Positions 34,687 to 47,319 of a stretch of DNA of 64,000 nt are shown here, piece by piece (within the stretch, counting starts at the first letter, position 1; every line of letters starts with the position of its first letter). The stretch covers positions 490,113-554,112 of the forward strand of contig NW_005434632.1 of the NCBI RefSeq assembly GCF_000315625.1, in the 5' to 3' direction. This DNA comes from Guillardia theta CCMP2712 (Eukaryota; Protista; Cryptophyta). The notes below the pieces were generated by a model that was not told the origin of the DNA, searched no databases, and worked only from the letters and a program-made list of their open reading frames with translations. A program made the translations under genes and the position numbers.

Positions 34687-35886
34687 TCAGTGCCGACGGC
34701 TCCGAACAAATCGCTGTGGTCCCGAACGGCCAGTTCCAACTTCCTCCTCCTCGATGATGGCGCTGGAAGCCAACCTCATCAGCTCTACTAACACATAATC
34801 CCCTGATATCTGAATGCTCCTCAGGCGTTGCATCGGTGTCTCCCCAGACATGAAGTCCATCTTGTCCGTCAACTGCTCAAAGTACTGCATCACAGATGCA
34901 ACAGCGAAGTACAGTTGGCTCAGATCAGCATTTGTCTCCTCGAAGAATTCACCATATCTGTTGGCTAGCTGTACAGGAGAGAATCTTCGAAGGCGATTCA
35001 TAGGCGACTGGTCGTCTCCATCATCCGCGCCCTCCTCATTCCAATGGCACTCAGCTGTGATCAGATCTGGTGCTGCAATCATCAGCGCAACAGCTGCGTA
35101 AAATGCGCTTCTGCAGACTGCATAATGCAAAGCATTCCCCTGGTGAACAGTCACTGTTCTTTCCTGTCCATTGTCGTTGATAACCAAACTAAAACTAGCC
35201 CTGAGCTCCATCGCCGAGGCAATCGCTCCGTCAGTGTCCAAAAGGAGACGCCGGATCTCCTCGAAGTTGTTATTTGTTAAAGAAGTTTTGATCGCTTGCA
35301 TCGCTTCTGATGCATGACTATCCGGCTCCTGACCATTTTCTATTTCATCCCCTTCCCTTGATGCCATCACAAGCGCTTTCATGATGTTGAGGGCAGTTTT
35401 CACCGTGCTCATCTGTATGCTCTGGATCCTTGAAGCTTCTGCTGCAATATCTATGGAACCATCTGTACCTTGCCCTTCCACTAGATGTGTAACGTCATGG
35501 CAGGATAAGCAAGTAAACGGCACAGAAAACATCGATCCCGGTTCTAGGTAAATATGATTCCAAAACCTCTCCCCAGTCTGCTTTTGACAGACAAGACACC
35601 TCGAACATTCTTCAGTACTGTAGACTGCAGATTCAAGTGTTCTCATGTCATCAACGTCCGTCTCGTCGCCGCAGAGGATTGTCCATGGCTGGCCGAGGAG
35701 CTCCGTGTCTTCAAACCCAAACAACTGATTCATCTGCGCAGAAGCATACACAATGGGCGAACCATTCCTGGACATATCAAGCAGAACGAAGGCTGAAGCA
35801 TCTTGTCCTAGCTCCTCCTCAAGATCGGCTGTCAGATGCTCCCATGCCTCTGCCTCCCCAGCGTTGATGTCATACGCCGGCGCCAT
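34687..35886 (-). CDS. Intronless protein with an N-terminal LOV-like PAS domain (degenerate flavin pocket) and a C-terminal ankyrin-like helical region
   Basis: AFVLLD..SPIVYAS..FGF...ELLGQPWTILCG.ETD..GERFWN..HDVT follows the LOV/PAS pattern; GNALHYAV is ankyrin-like. Confidence 0.85.
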   Translation of the reverse strand: MAPAYDINAGEAEAWEHLTADLEEELGQDASAFVLLDMSRNGSPIVYASAQMNQLFGFEDTELLGQPWTILCGDETDVDDMRTLESAVYSTEECSRCLVCQKQTGERFWNHIYLEPGSMFSVPFTCLSCHDVTHLVEGQGTDGSIDIAAEASRIQSIQMSTVKTALNIMKALVMASREGDEIENGQEPDSHASEAMQAIKTSLTNNNFEEIRRLLLDTDGAIASAMELRASFSLVINDNGQERTVTVHQGNALHYAVCRSAFYAAVALMIAAPDLITAECHWNEEGADDGDDQSPMNRLRRFSPVQLANRYGEFFEETNADLSQLYFAVASVMQYFEQLTDKMDFMSGETPMQRLRSIQISGDYVLVELMRLASSAIIEEEEVGTGRSGPQRFVRSRRH

Positions 35887-35914
35887 GCTCGCTCGAGCGC
35901 CGCCGCTCTCGCTG

Positions 35915-37300
35915 ACCCCTACCCCCTCACGCTACCCTAAACACCTACCCAGTCAAATCTTTGCACCCTAGCCCCTCTTCCATATTAGCCCAAGGGCTTC
36001 CTCTCACCCCTTGTTTTTCCATAAAAATCACCCACCTCCTAGTATTTGACCCTACCCCTGAGCTGAGAGGTATGTTGTACCCAAGTTTGTCCTGAACAAA
36101 TGCGGGAAAATGATGGTAGGGTCATGACCCCAAGTTATGACTACCCCTGTTTTAGAGATCGATTGCCACCGACGTAAAGTCTCCCCTCTAACCCCCTTGA
36201 CTACCCCTGTTGTTCACAGCACCTACCCATCCCTTTACTACCCCCGAACGTCCTTTGTACTACCCCGAATTCCTCTGCAACCCTTGCCAAATTAAACCCC
36301 ACCCCTCCATATCCCTGCAATTGACCCACTGTTCCCAGATTACAACCCCTTCCTGACCCCCGAGGTACAACCCCATGTTATTAAACCTGGAGTACCCCTC
36401 CTTCCTATGCATGACTTTGGGAGAGACCACCCACCCCCTGTATCATGGTCTTCTGTACCACAGAGGACCATTGGAATCTCTTGTTATACTACCCCGTCCA
36501 TGTTGTTTTGATCCGGGCCTATCCCTGCTCGGACCCCTCCTAGATCTGCATGACTTGAAGGACCCCTCCCTCCTGGGACCCACCCCCTCATACCCCATTC
36601 AAGCAGTCCAGTTCAAACACGGATGGTACGGTACAGCGCTTCCAGTCATTGCCATAGAGGGGTAGAGGCCATAGGGCCTACACCGAGCCATATAGACTTG
36701 GTCCTATAGACATGTATACCCCACCCTCAAACAATTTGGAAAACACTGGGTACAGTGATCGTGATATTACCCCACCCCCTGCAAATGATCAGTATAAAAT
36801 ATCTTAATTTTAAATTGAGTTTTATCTTTATAAAACCCGGGCATTTCGAACCACCCTTACAAACTCTATGTAAAACCACAGTCATGCAGAGGTCTCCGTG
36901 ACCTGATTTTTAAAATTAAAAAATGCATTGCCCTCTTTGCTAATTCAAAGGACCCCACCCCTCTTTGGAGCTTTGACAACACCGAGCGATATCCAGACCC
37001 CACCCTGAACTAAACAAGTTCCGGTAGTCATGACCCCAATACTTGTCCTATGAGGTACCCCGTTATCATCAATACAAGAGTACCCTACCCCTCCTCTGAT
37101 ATCCCTACGACGCCCACCTCTGCAATCTGTTTGGAGGCTCAGGTTCGACTCTGACTTCCCGACTACCCTCTCATCAACAGGAGAATCCCTAAACAGGTGG
37201 GGTAGTCGGGTGAAAAGCAGAGGGCAGAAGCTACCAATTAGTAAAATGCTTCCCTCACAGGGCTACTCACATCCAGGGCAGAGCTATATGAAATAGGCAG
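35915..37300. promoter_or_regulatory. Strand-biased (CT)ACCCC motif field upstream of the PAS gene
   Basis: Dozens of ACCC/ACCCC words on the + strand in otherwise non-repetitive sequence. Confidence 0.55.
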
Positions 37301-37410
37301 CCACTCCCCTTTATAACGCAACGGTTCGTATTGTTGCCCTTCTCTATCGGCACAATTGGTCGGCAATGGGTTGAATCTCAACGGTTCGCATTGTTGCCCT
37401 TCGCTACTTT
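37283..37410 (-). repeat. Two inverted copies (plus a remnant) of the 23.1-kb ~58-bp unit
   Basis: CAACGGTTCGYATTGTTGCCCTTC at 37319 and 37379 is the reverse complement of GAAGGGCAACAATRCGAACCGTTG. Confidence 0.88.
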
Positions 37411-38221
37411 TGAACTCCGCGCAACGCCTCTCACGGCACTTGAGTAAAAGTCGCCCGGTAGTGTCGGGCCCGGCTGGACGGGCCGGAGTCCCGGGCCCGG
37501 GGCAAGAAGCAGAATCTTTTTACCGGAAATAGCGCCGCCCGAAGTGGCATGCGCCATTGAGCACTATGCTGTAGCTCGAAGTGCGAATGAGGCAGAGAAT
37601 TGAGGTCAAGATGGCGAGACAGACAAGATGATAGAAATGCAGGATGATTGATGGACGGGTGGATTGACGGAAGGACGGAAGGACGGATAGATGGAAGAGA
37701 TTTGCAACTGCAGGAGAGCAGGAATTGGATGAGTGAGTGGGGTTGCGGCCAAGAGAAATTAGGTGTGAAGATGGGAAGGTGCTGGAAAAGATGAAGTTAT
37801 TCGATTTGAAGTGAGAGGATTGCAATGGATTATGGTAGGATGTATGTACAGAAATTGACAAAGACATGGATAAGAGTCTGAAGCTCCCCACTTGTTAGCC
37901 TCCAATACAGCACCGCTAACGAAGTCTTAGAGACATGACGATGTTCTTTCTGGTCGTGTTTGTTGACATGAAGTTATTCAGATGTTCTCCAACCTTCTTC
38001 GCACAACCCTCAAGGGTGACGACACTCCCATCACCTCCAAGGAGGCTGTACGCATGCTCCTGCCCTGTTACCATGTTTGCTGAAGCAGCAGCAGGCCAAG
38101 GTCGCTTCCCTCAACGGAGCTGGTTTCTTCGATCCCTTCAGCGCCGAGAAGGCCCGACAGGTGATGAGGATGGTTGAGGAGCGGGGAGGAGGAGGAGCGG
38201 GGAGGAGGAGCGTTGTTAGCG

Positions 38222-39271
38222 CTAACCGCGATGGCAATACAGGGAGCTGACAAGATGAACAACATCATTGCCATGTACACTCGGTAAACGCAGTCGGCAG
38301 CAAGGGACCACGGAAAATTGTAAATCTTTCAACCTGAATCAAAGAGTGCTTGCAACTTGACTGGTGTGTGTACTGGTGTGCTACTGTACGACAAGGTGGT
38401 ACGTTGACCCCACGCTCTCCTTCATGTCCTCTATCATCAGTAGGGTCGTCTCCCACGCGTTGACCCACCTGCCGTCCTGCTGTCATCGACACGCGTCCTC
38501 CTCTCGCCCCGTACCTTGCCGCATCGTACAGAGCGCTTCCTACCCGATCTTCCGCCACCTTCCGCTTCAGTCGCGTCATGAGATACTCTGATCTTGCTAG
38601 ACGCACTGCAATCTGCACGCATCGCCATGTTCAGGAGGGAGGAGGAGGAGGAGGAGGAGGAGAAGGCGCAGCAGCAGCAACAAAAGCAGCAGCGGCAGCA
38701 GATGACAACAAGTAGATCAAACTCATCATTGACCTCCTCGTAATCCTTGAGGTCTCTCGCTACCATGACACTGGCATGCCCCAGCCCGTTGGCAATGCTT
38801 GCTCCTATCCTGCTTGACATCCTTGTCCCTGCTCCTCGTCACTCGCGAGCACGGCCCCAGCTGCATTTCACCTGGCAGGGTGATGAGGGGTACCCCCGCA
38901 AAGAGCGCGTCAGCAGCCGTGGAGTGAGCGTTGTAGAGGTCCGTGTCCAGCAGGAGGTCAGCTGCACTCTACGAGGGGCTATGAGATTATGGTCACAGAG
39001 GAGAGGAGGAAGAGGAAGGAGGACGGGGGAGTGGGGGATGGGGGATGGGGGATGGGGGACGGGGGACGGGGGATGGATCAGAGTGGAGGTGAGAGGAGGG
39101 AGAGCAGGAGGGACCTTGTACGCCACGTGATCCTTGAGATCGGCGGAACCCGTGAAGAAGAGTCTCCCTTCGTCGATCCCCTGCCTCCTGGCCTCTGCCT
39201 TCAGCTGCGGCTCTGCTCAACTCCATGGTCACTCGAGTTGGGGAGCACCTCAGGAGGAGGACGAGGAAAAG

Positions 39272-39318
<47 letters not shown>

Positions 39319-40093
39319 AATCGCGGCCAGGGGAGAGGCGGAAAGATAGAATGGGGAGCAGGGGTTCGGGAGGAAGAGCGGGAGAGGAGGAGGAGGTCGA
39401 CAAGGGAGTGGAGGAGGAGGAGAAGGAGGGTTGCAAGGCACCTGCAGAAGTTCCTTCATTGAGCTTGAGGATCCAAATCTGACTGAATACAAGTAGTGAG
39501 AAAAGAAGGTGAGACAAGGAGGGAGGGAGGGTTTAGGAGAGGAGGGAGAGGGGGGGANNNNNNNNNNNNNNNNNNNNNNNNNNNNNNNNNNNNNNNNNNN
39601 NNNNNNNNNNNNNNNNNNNNNNNNNNNNNNNNNNNNNNNNNNNNNNNNNNNNNNNNNGTAGAGATCGCCAAGGTCGGGGGGGCTGAGAGCAGCAGCGGGA
39701 ACATGTAAGATGGTTTGGAGGAGGCAATATGATATCAGATGGACTAGAGGAGTATGGTATGAGACGATGTTGCTGGAGGGAGTAAGATATGAGGTGATGC
39801 AGGGAGTATGATGTTGATGGTGTGGAGGAGCGAGTATGATATCAGATGTTGTTGATGCAGATGTTTGTTTGCAACCTTGAAATCTTGTCTGTGGTGATGT
39901 ACTGAATCTAGAGCATCATGTCAGTCTGACTTGTCTTCGCAGGCAACAAACGTACAGCCGTCCCCATCAATGAAGATGCGAAGCCAAGAAAGGATATTCT
40001 CAGCTTGTCTGGAAACAAGGCAAACAGCTCCGGTCTCCTGCCAGTCCAGTCTTCAACAAGAGCACGAGCACAAGCACGAGCACGAGCAGGGAC

Positions 40094-40142
<49 letters not shown>

Positions 40143-42597
40143 GGCAGGAGACATTTAAAGAAGAGAGATTGAGGAGGAGAGGAGGAGGAGAGGGAGGGAG
40201 GGAAAGGGGTGGGGGGAGGCGATTACCCATGTTGAGTGTACCCATTCATGTCCACGAGGACGGAAACATCCTCCTCCTCTATCCTGCGGAACTGGAGGCG
40301 AACAACTTCACCATGATAGACAGGGAGGACAGGCAGGAAAGAGCCTCACTGCAAGTTCGTGCGGGAGGTTTGAGATGTCGATGAAGCTGTCAGATGTCGA
40401 TCGGATCTTGTGCTTGATCGCATCCTCCTCCTCCTCCTCGAGCAGGGAGAAACAAACCACGCGGAACCTGCAAGACTTTTCATTAACGACAAGCATCCTC
40501 CGCCTCCTCCTCCTCCTCCTCCTCCTCCTCCTCCCCCTCCTCCTCCTCCTCCTCCTCCTCCAACATTTCACCAACACCACTTCCCATAGCACGACTTCAC
40601 CTCGCTGAGTCGTGAAGCCCGGGAACGTTCTGAAACAGCAACGAGACAGGATGCTGACGGAAGTCGGCGCTAACGTATCCTACCGTTATCCTCCGCTTCC
40701 TGACTGCGTCCTCCTGTCTCTGCCCCTTCCCTTTCTCCCTCCCCCCCTCCCGCCCGACCGCTCGCAGGATCCCCTCTGCTGTGAGCTGCACCTGAGCCGC
40801 CCTTGCAGCGTACGCAGAGCAGAGGACGTGGTCGGGGATGGGGTAGACGAGGAGGTAGACGAGGGAGATGGAGGAGGAGAGGAGCGTTCCTTCTCGCATG
40901 TCTCGTTTCATCCTCTGAGCCACCTTGTCGAAATTCTCGTCCCAGTCCTCCCACCTGCAGAGGTCAACACAAGTCCTCACGTAGCTGTACAGGGCGGAGG
41001 ACGAGTCTGGGGCAACCTGCTCTACTTCATCAGCCGCGTCCTCCTTGACTTCCCCTTCGCCTCCTTGCCTCGCTCCCTCGCTCCCTCGCTCCCTCGCTCC
41101 CTCGCTCCCTCGCTCCCTCGCTCCCTCGCTCCCTCCCTCCCTCCTTCCCTCCCCTCCCTCCCCTCCCTCCCCTCCCTCCCCTCCCTCCCTCCATTGGCTG
41201 ACCTCAAGTGCTCTACGATAGGAAGCAAGGGCCTGCGGCATGAAGCGAGGGTCCGAGCGGAAGTTGTTGTAGTAGGTCTGACCGAGGTTGATCCAGGCCT
41301 CCACGAGATCCGGTTTCAGTTCCAGAGCTTTCTTGTACATGCTAATCCTCGTCAAGTAAGGGAGGTGCAGGAGGTGGTGATAGTGGGGCAAGGAACTTGA
41401 GCAGGAGGAACAGGAGGAGCAGGTGGAAGAGGATGAGCAGGAGGAGCAGGAGGAGCAGGAGGAGAAGCGGCAGCAACAGCAGAAGAAGCAGGAGGAGCAG
41501 GAGGAGATGCAGCAGCACCAGCAGCAGCAGCAGGTTGATCAGCACCTGATAGTCTCCTGCATATTTGTCTTGCTCAAGTCCCCGCTCACCATGTTCACCC
41601 ATCCCTGAGCGAAGGAGGGATCCACCTCAACCGACCGCTCCCACTGCTTCAGCGCTTCTTCCTTCCTCCCCAGCTGCGACAGCAGGTGCCCGTACTCGTT
41701 GTGCGCGTACGCGACCCTGTGTGCTGCCACGTTCTTCCTCGTCTCCTCCTCTTCCACGCACTTCCTGAAGCTCTCCTCCGCCTCCAAAAACCGCCCGAGC
41801 GTCCTGAGGACCCTCCCCTGCTGGTATAGGAAGGAGAACCGGTCCCCCGTCCTCTTCACCGCTTCTCGGCAGACCCTCAGCGCCTCCTCGTTGTTCCCCT
41901 GCTCTTCCAGCATCAGGATTTCAAGGGTGTACGCCTGCGTCAGCAGCTTTCCCGACCTCCTCGCCTCCTTCACTGCCTTCCTCGCCCCAGCCACGTCCCC
42001 CATGCTGTAGAGAACGTCCGCAAGGTTGTAGTGCGCCTCTGGTACATCTGGCTTGACTCTGATCGCAGCGTTCAGCTTCGCCACTGCCTCCTCCCTCCTG
42101 CCCAGGTCCTTGAGAACGATCCCCCCATTCACCAGCGCCGCTATGTTGTGCTTGTCCAGCAGCAGCCCAGCCTCGTAGGCAGCCAGCGCTTCCACCTTCT
42201 TCCCCAGCCTCTGCTTGCACGACGCCAACAGCAGCTGTCCCATCAAGTTGCTTCTCTCCGCCTTCACCGCCTTCTCCAGCACCTTCTCTGCTCTGTCCGC
42301 CTCGTTGGTATTCAAATACGCTTCCCCTAGGTAGAACGCCGTCGCAGCGTTCCTCGGGTTCCTCGAGTATGCCACCTTGAGACAGGTCTTGGCCCTGACA
42401 TAGTCCCCGTTCTTAGTGAAGCGAACGCCTCGCGCCATGGCCTCGTCATACTCCATCCCCTCGCAGTCTTCGCCTCGCTGCCCGCCATGCGCCCCCTGCA
42501 GGTGTTCACTAGCCAGGAGCCAGCCAAGGTGAACCAACAGGGCTCCCGCATACAGACCGACCCCCCCACTCCACCACCTCCTCCTCCCCCTCCTCAT
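38222..42597 (-). CDS. TPR-containing GT41 glycosyltransferase (OGT/SEC-like); middle interrupted by the N gap; 3' end approximate
   Basis: Many TPRs; LCRWEDW; VGYVSADFRQHPVS; QIWILKL..RQGIDEGRLFF; ADLLLDTDLYNAHSTAADALFAGVPLITLPG; MSSRIGASI; SALYD. Confidence 0.9.
39558..39657. other. Assembly gap (100 N)
   Basis: Run of N. Confidence 0.99.
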
Positions 42598-43837
42598 CAG
42601 GAACTTTCTTGAGAGAAGTCCAACCAAAGTCAGCTTCAGCGTCCTTGTAGCTCTCAGAAATGAATCCTCCTTCTCCTCGACGGATCGTTCCAGTCAAAGT
42701 CAAAGTTGCTCAATGGTTGTCAGGTGATCGCGTATTGCCTCCTTACCCCCCCCCTCACCTACCATCCCACCTTTCTTCTTCCTCAACCCCCATATCCGAC
42801 CCAAACTTCTCCTTCCCTCCCTTCCTCTCCCCTCCCCTCTCCTCCCCTCTCGTTTTCCTCCATGCCCTCCATGAAACTTGCCCGACCGCAAGGATTGTTT
42901 TTCTTTCTTTTTCTTTATTTTACACACACACAATATCCTGTGGGTAGGGTAGAAAAGTATAAGGTAATGCACCCACTCAGTAGGGGTCCAATACCATTTA
43001 TCAAGCTGTATAATTGGGGGTACAAGAAACAAATTTATGTAATAGATGGGGTCATGGAAAAAGGGGTGGGGTACTAGAAAGGCAGCCTCTAAAAAAGAAG
43101 CAAAGTGCCGTTGTTGCATGGCGAGCCACCTTGATAGGAAACAGAGGAAAGGAGAAGAGCAGCAGGAGAGGAGCAGAATGATGACGAGATTGGAGGAGAA
43201 GATGAATATGAGAGGAAGAAATGAAGATTCCAAGTAGAGGAAGTGCACAGAAGAGAAGGAGCAATGTTATAGAGAACATGATGAATAGAACTACGAGAAG
43301 GGAAAACGAGTTCAAAACGAGACCTTTGTGATCGTAGAGACTTGAGGGTTGTATGATGTCGTAGAAAGAGCAGATTGTGATCCATCGTTGAACTCCACCA
43401 GGGTCTGTTTCTCCTTCTGTTCACGTGTCTGTATACTGGTGTGTGTTGGAATGAGAGAGGATAGCATAAAAGTGAACGCATGCAACTTAGCTATTTATAC
43501 CATTGTTATTTCTTTACATCAATCAGGAAATATTCCTATAAGAATGATGACGACAGCACATGTCTAGAATGATGTTAAGTTTTGTTGTCATGAATTTGTC
43601 AATGGTTGTGCAGTGCTGAACATTTATCATCTATCTTCTGACTGACTTGTTTGCGCAAAGCTGAACCTCTGAACATAAAGAGAGACAGACAGGAACAAAA
43701 ACAGGAACAGAATCAGCCAAGAGGAACAAGAAGGAAGGACAGAGAGACAGCGAGGGTGACAGGGGCGGAGGAGGGTGTCTTGTAGAAACGTTTCTGTAAG
43801 AGGAAAGCGAAGCTTGTAGCATATTCCTTTGTCATCA

Positions 43838-45050
43838 TGGTCGTTGGAGCAGCCGGAGTTCGGTAAGTAGACCTTGATAATCGTTCGGAGATCAACTGAA
43901 GACGAGGATCAGGTTGGTAACAGCAGTACTTCCACAAGCCCGCAGCCTCGCTCGACACGCAGCCAAGGTTCGTCTGCTGCTGCTCCTGCTCTTGTTGCTG
44001 GCTCGGGCCTGACGCCATGGCAGCTGGATCAAGCAGCTTCTCATGGACAGGTGAGGCCTTGTCTTGCAGCCTGTGGCTGTGTGTGAAGGGAGAGATTACC
44101 TCGAGGACGGACATGACGGCGACGGGTTGTCATGGTACCTCTCGCTTGTCGGTGCTGCGTTCGTTGGCTTCGGACTAGCTTACGTCATGCAGAAGATGGA
44201 CTACCGCAGGTGCTCGAGAGAAGAGAGGGGGGGAAGAGAGAAGAGAGAGGGAGACAGTAGAGGAGGTGAGGGAGGAATTTCCAGCAAGGAGGGAGGGTGA
44301 GCACGGGAAACAGGATGGATGAAGTGAAGTGATTTGGGCAGGGTGCTCTTCTGTGTCGATCAGTACGTCTCAAGGACGGCAATGAAGTTGCGGTCGCTGT
44401 TTGATCGCAGGTATTGATGATCTCCTCCTCCTCCTCCTCCTCCTCCTCCTCCTCCTCCCAACCACCACCTCCTCCTCCTCCTCCTCCTCTTCCTCCTCGT
44501 TCACCTTTGTACCTGCTCTCCTCTTCTTGGAATCTCATCATCGTCGCAGCTCTTGGAAGCAGAAGCCTCTGCTGGCAGCTTCATCCAGCAGCGTGACTGG
44601 CAGCAGCCGCAGCATCAAAGAGAAGAAGAGGGGAGCAAGAGACTCGGCGGCCTTCAGCTACGTAAAGCAGGTAGGCCGGGAGGAGGGGGAGGAGGGGGAT
44701 GAGGAAGAGGAGGATGATATTGAGAGGAGGAGGAGGTCACTGTAGCCGCAGGGGAACGACAGGATGTCAGTCGAACTCTGCCTTGGCTGTGTTGAGACGA
44801 ACCGGCTGCTGCGAAAGATTGTGCGTCCTACTGCTGAGAGGGGAGGGGGATGACGGAGTTTGGAACGCACAGGCGAAGGACTCGGGGACGAGCTACGACA
44901 CCTTTGAGCCATGCAACTTGTGCAGGTGAGGAGGGGAGATAAGAGAGGGGATGAGGTGGGGGAGGGGGAGGAGGCACGATGGTCTGACGTAACACAAAGG
45001 GAGCGAGTGGCAAGGCTCGCATCGATGAAGCAGACATGACACGAGAACAC
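43838..45050 (+). CDS. Hypothetical small single-TM protein (multi-exon, structure uncertain)
   Basis: ATG followed by a GTAAGT donor; Arg/Ala-rich leader; TM-like WYLSLVGAAFVGFGLAYVM exon; several GT-AG introns. Confidence 0.4.
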
Positions 45051-45147
45051 TGGACTAGAAAATCATGGATGAAGAGGAAGAGATTAACGTGATCATGACA
45101 ACGAGACTTTCATTGGAGATTTTCCGTGCAGTTTTTCTTTAATGAAC

Positions 45148-46417
45148 TTAATCGAACAGAGAAAAGCCCATGTCTTCCTCCTCCTCAGGCTCTGGCTCGG
45201 GTGCCTTAGCGGCGGCGGCAGGTGCGGCTCCACCTCCAGCAGCAGGTGCGGCAGCAGCAGCGCCTCCTCCATACTTCTCGGGGTTAGCGACCATGTCCTT
45301 GATCTCAGCCTGCAGACTCACGATCAGCAAGAAAGGAGAGCACAAGCACGCAGGAACATGATGGAGGGAGAGGGAGGGAGAGGCCAGGAAGGCAAGGGAG
45401 GAAAGGATTACCGCGGCAGCGAAGTCGATGTCGGTGGTGAGAGCCAAGGCGACGAGGTTCTTGAAGGCGTTGATGAGGAGGTGAGGGCAGGCAGAGGGCA
45501 CGGGGTAGCCGATGCTAAGACCGATGCTGGTGATGCGGCCAATTCCCTGCTGGAAGCACTTGCGGATATCCTCATCGTCGATGTCCAGAACCGAGGGGTC
45601 GATGACAGACTCGCCGTCAAAGAGCTTGGTCACGATCAAGCCGAACTCGAACGGCTTCAATCCCAACTTGCCCATAAGAACTGCCTCTGAGCTTCCGACC
45701 TTCTCGCCCACCTTCGCCAACTGAACCTGCTTGATAACTTCGATGTTTCCCTTGGTAATCTTGGTAGCAATACCGAGGGCCTGCGCGGGGATGTGAGCTG
45801 GGGGCACAAGCAGGCCGCATGCTGTCGTACCTGGAAGAAACCAGTCTGGGTGGGCTCGAGAGAGGTGGGTCCAGCCTCGAGGAACACGTCCTTGGGAGCG
45901 ACGGCGCCAGCCTTGGCAGCGGCAACGACCTGGAAGGAGGTTAGGAGAAACACTAGTAAGAGGAGAGAAGAGGAGGACAAGGGGAGAGGAGAGAGGGGAG
46001 AGGGGAGGGAAGCGGGGATTAATACCTTGTTCTCCTGAAGGATCGAGCGAACCTTCTTGACGTCGGCGTCGGTGAACACGAGACCGCAGTTGAGCTTCAC
46101 GAGATCAGCAAGCCTGTTGAAGGTCGAGTTTCCCGAGGAAGAGGCATAACGTCTGATAACGAATTTGATCATGGTGTTCTTGCCCATGAGGATCTCGGCC
46201 TTAGGGTCCTTGCGGAGCTTGCTGCGAACGATGTGCATCTGCTGTGATCCAACATTGTCCGCACTGATGATGAGAACCTACGACAACCCCGGTAAGCAAC
46301 AGCATGCGATGGTGAGGTGAGCAGAACCTTGGGCAAGGTGGCTAGGAGTGTTTCCAATCGCTCGGCATACTTGAGCTTGCGATCGGAATACACACGACCA
46401 GTCTCCTCTTCAGGCAT
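45148..46417 (-). CDS. RPLP0: 60S acidic ribosomal protein P0 (uL10)
   Basis: ADNVGSQQMH.VR..LR, LMGKNTM, AAAKAGAVAP, GPTSLEP..TGFFQ|ALGIATKITKGNIE, C-terminal EEEEDMGFSLFD. Confidence 0.98.
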
Positions 46418-47319
46418 CCTGCAGCATTACGTCAGATATCCATGAGAGATATAAAATAAAGAGGATAGAAAGGTAGTGTGCGGCTACATGCTTGCTAAAT
46501 TAAGCGTGGGGTGTTCTGTGTCCTTTTCACTACTGTCACGTGACTGCAAAAATTATCGATAGCACTTTCTACCCTAGATTTCACATGTTCACTTTCTTGG
46601 TTTCCGGTACATGTTAACGCAAACAGCTCCCATCGCTCCCCTTGCTCCCCTATGCTAATCCGTTTCTTGACCAAATCAGACACACATGGTGCATTTAAAC
46701 CTCAAAAAATCTTCACCGCGCTGTTGAAATGTACACCTCAACAACATGGGGCAAAAGCAATTCTTTGTTGTCAAGCATTATCAATGTTTGCAAGAAGCAT
46801 TTTGACTGTCATCAACGACATAAACTTCATCTACTCTTTTTTTTTGTCGTCATGAAACTGATATCCACATTCTCCTCTCTTCTTTATCGCGACACTCCAC
46901 TACTGACCCCTTTTCCCCGTCTTTCCCTCCAACTATCCCATCTGTTTCGACATACATGACCGTCTCTTGACTCCCTCCTTGATCAACATCCTTCTCCTCC
47001 GAGTCGGACACCTTCCTTCCTCGCTCCTTCCTCACATCCACCCGCCTCCCCGTCCTCCTCCCCCTCTCGCTCCCTTGCCACATCGCGCATGCTTCTTCTC
47101 GCTGCAGCACGAGGGGAAAGAAAAAAAAAGCGATGATACCACATCCCACCGCAGTCCCTTACTCTAGTACCCCTCCACCAGCCGGGGGCCTCCACCCAAT
47201 GTACCGGTACGTTGTTAATACCCCCCAATAAAACACTATATACCCCACCTTTTCCCTGCCTTGATCACAGATCGGACCGTACGAAGTTCTACCCACCCTG
47301 TTCATCTCGCTGAACTGAG

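Noticed and set aside
37135-37160. tRNA or Pol III B-box (GGTTCGACTC)
   Set aside because: No proper T-stem, acceptor stem or D-arm.
44050-44068. Apparent 19-nt GT-AG micro-intron
   Set aside because: Far shorter than other introns here; an alternative ~42-nt intron with a different upstream phase explains the frame.
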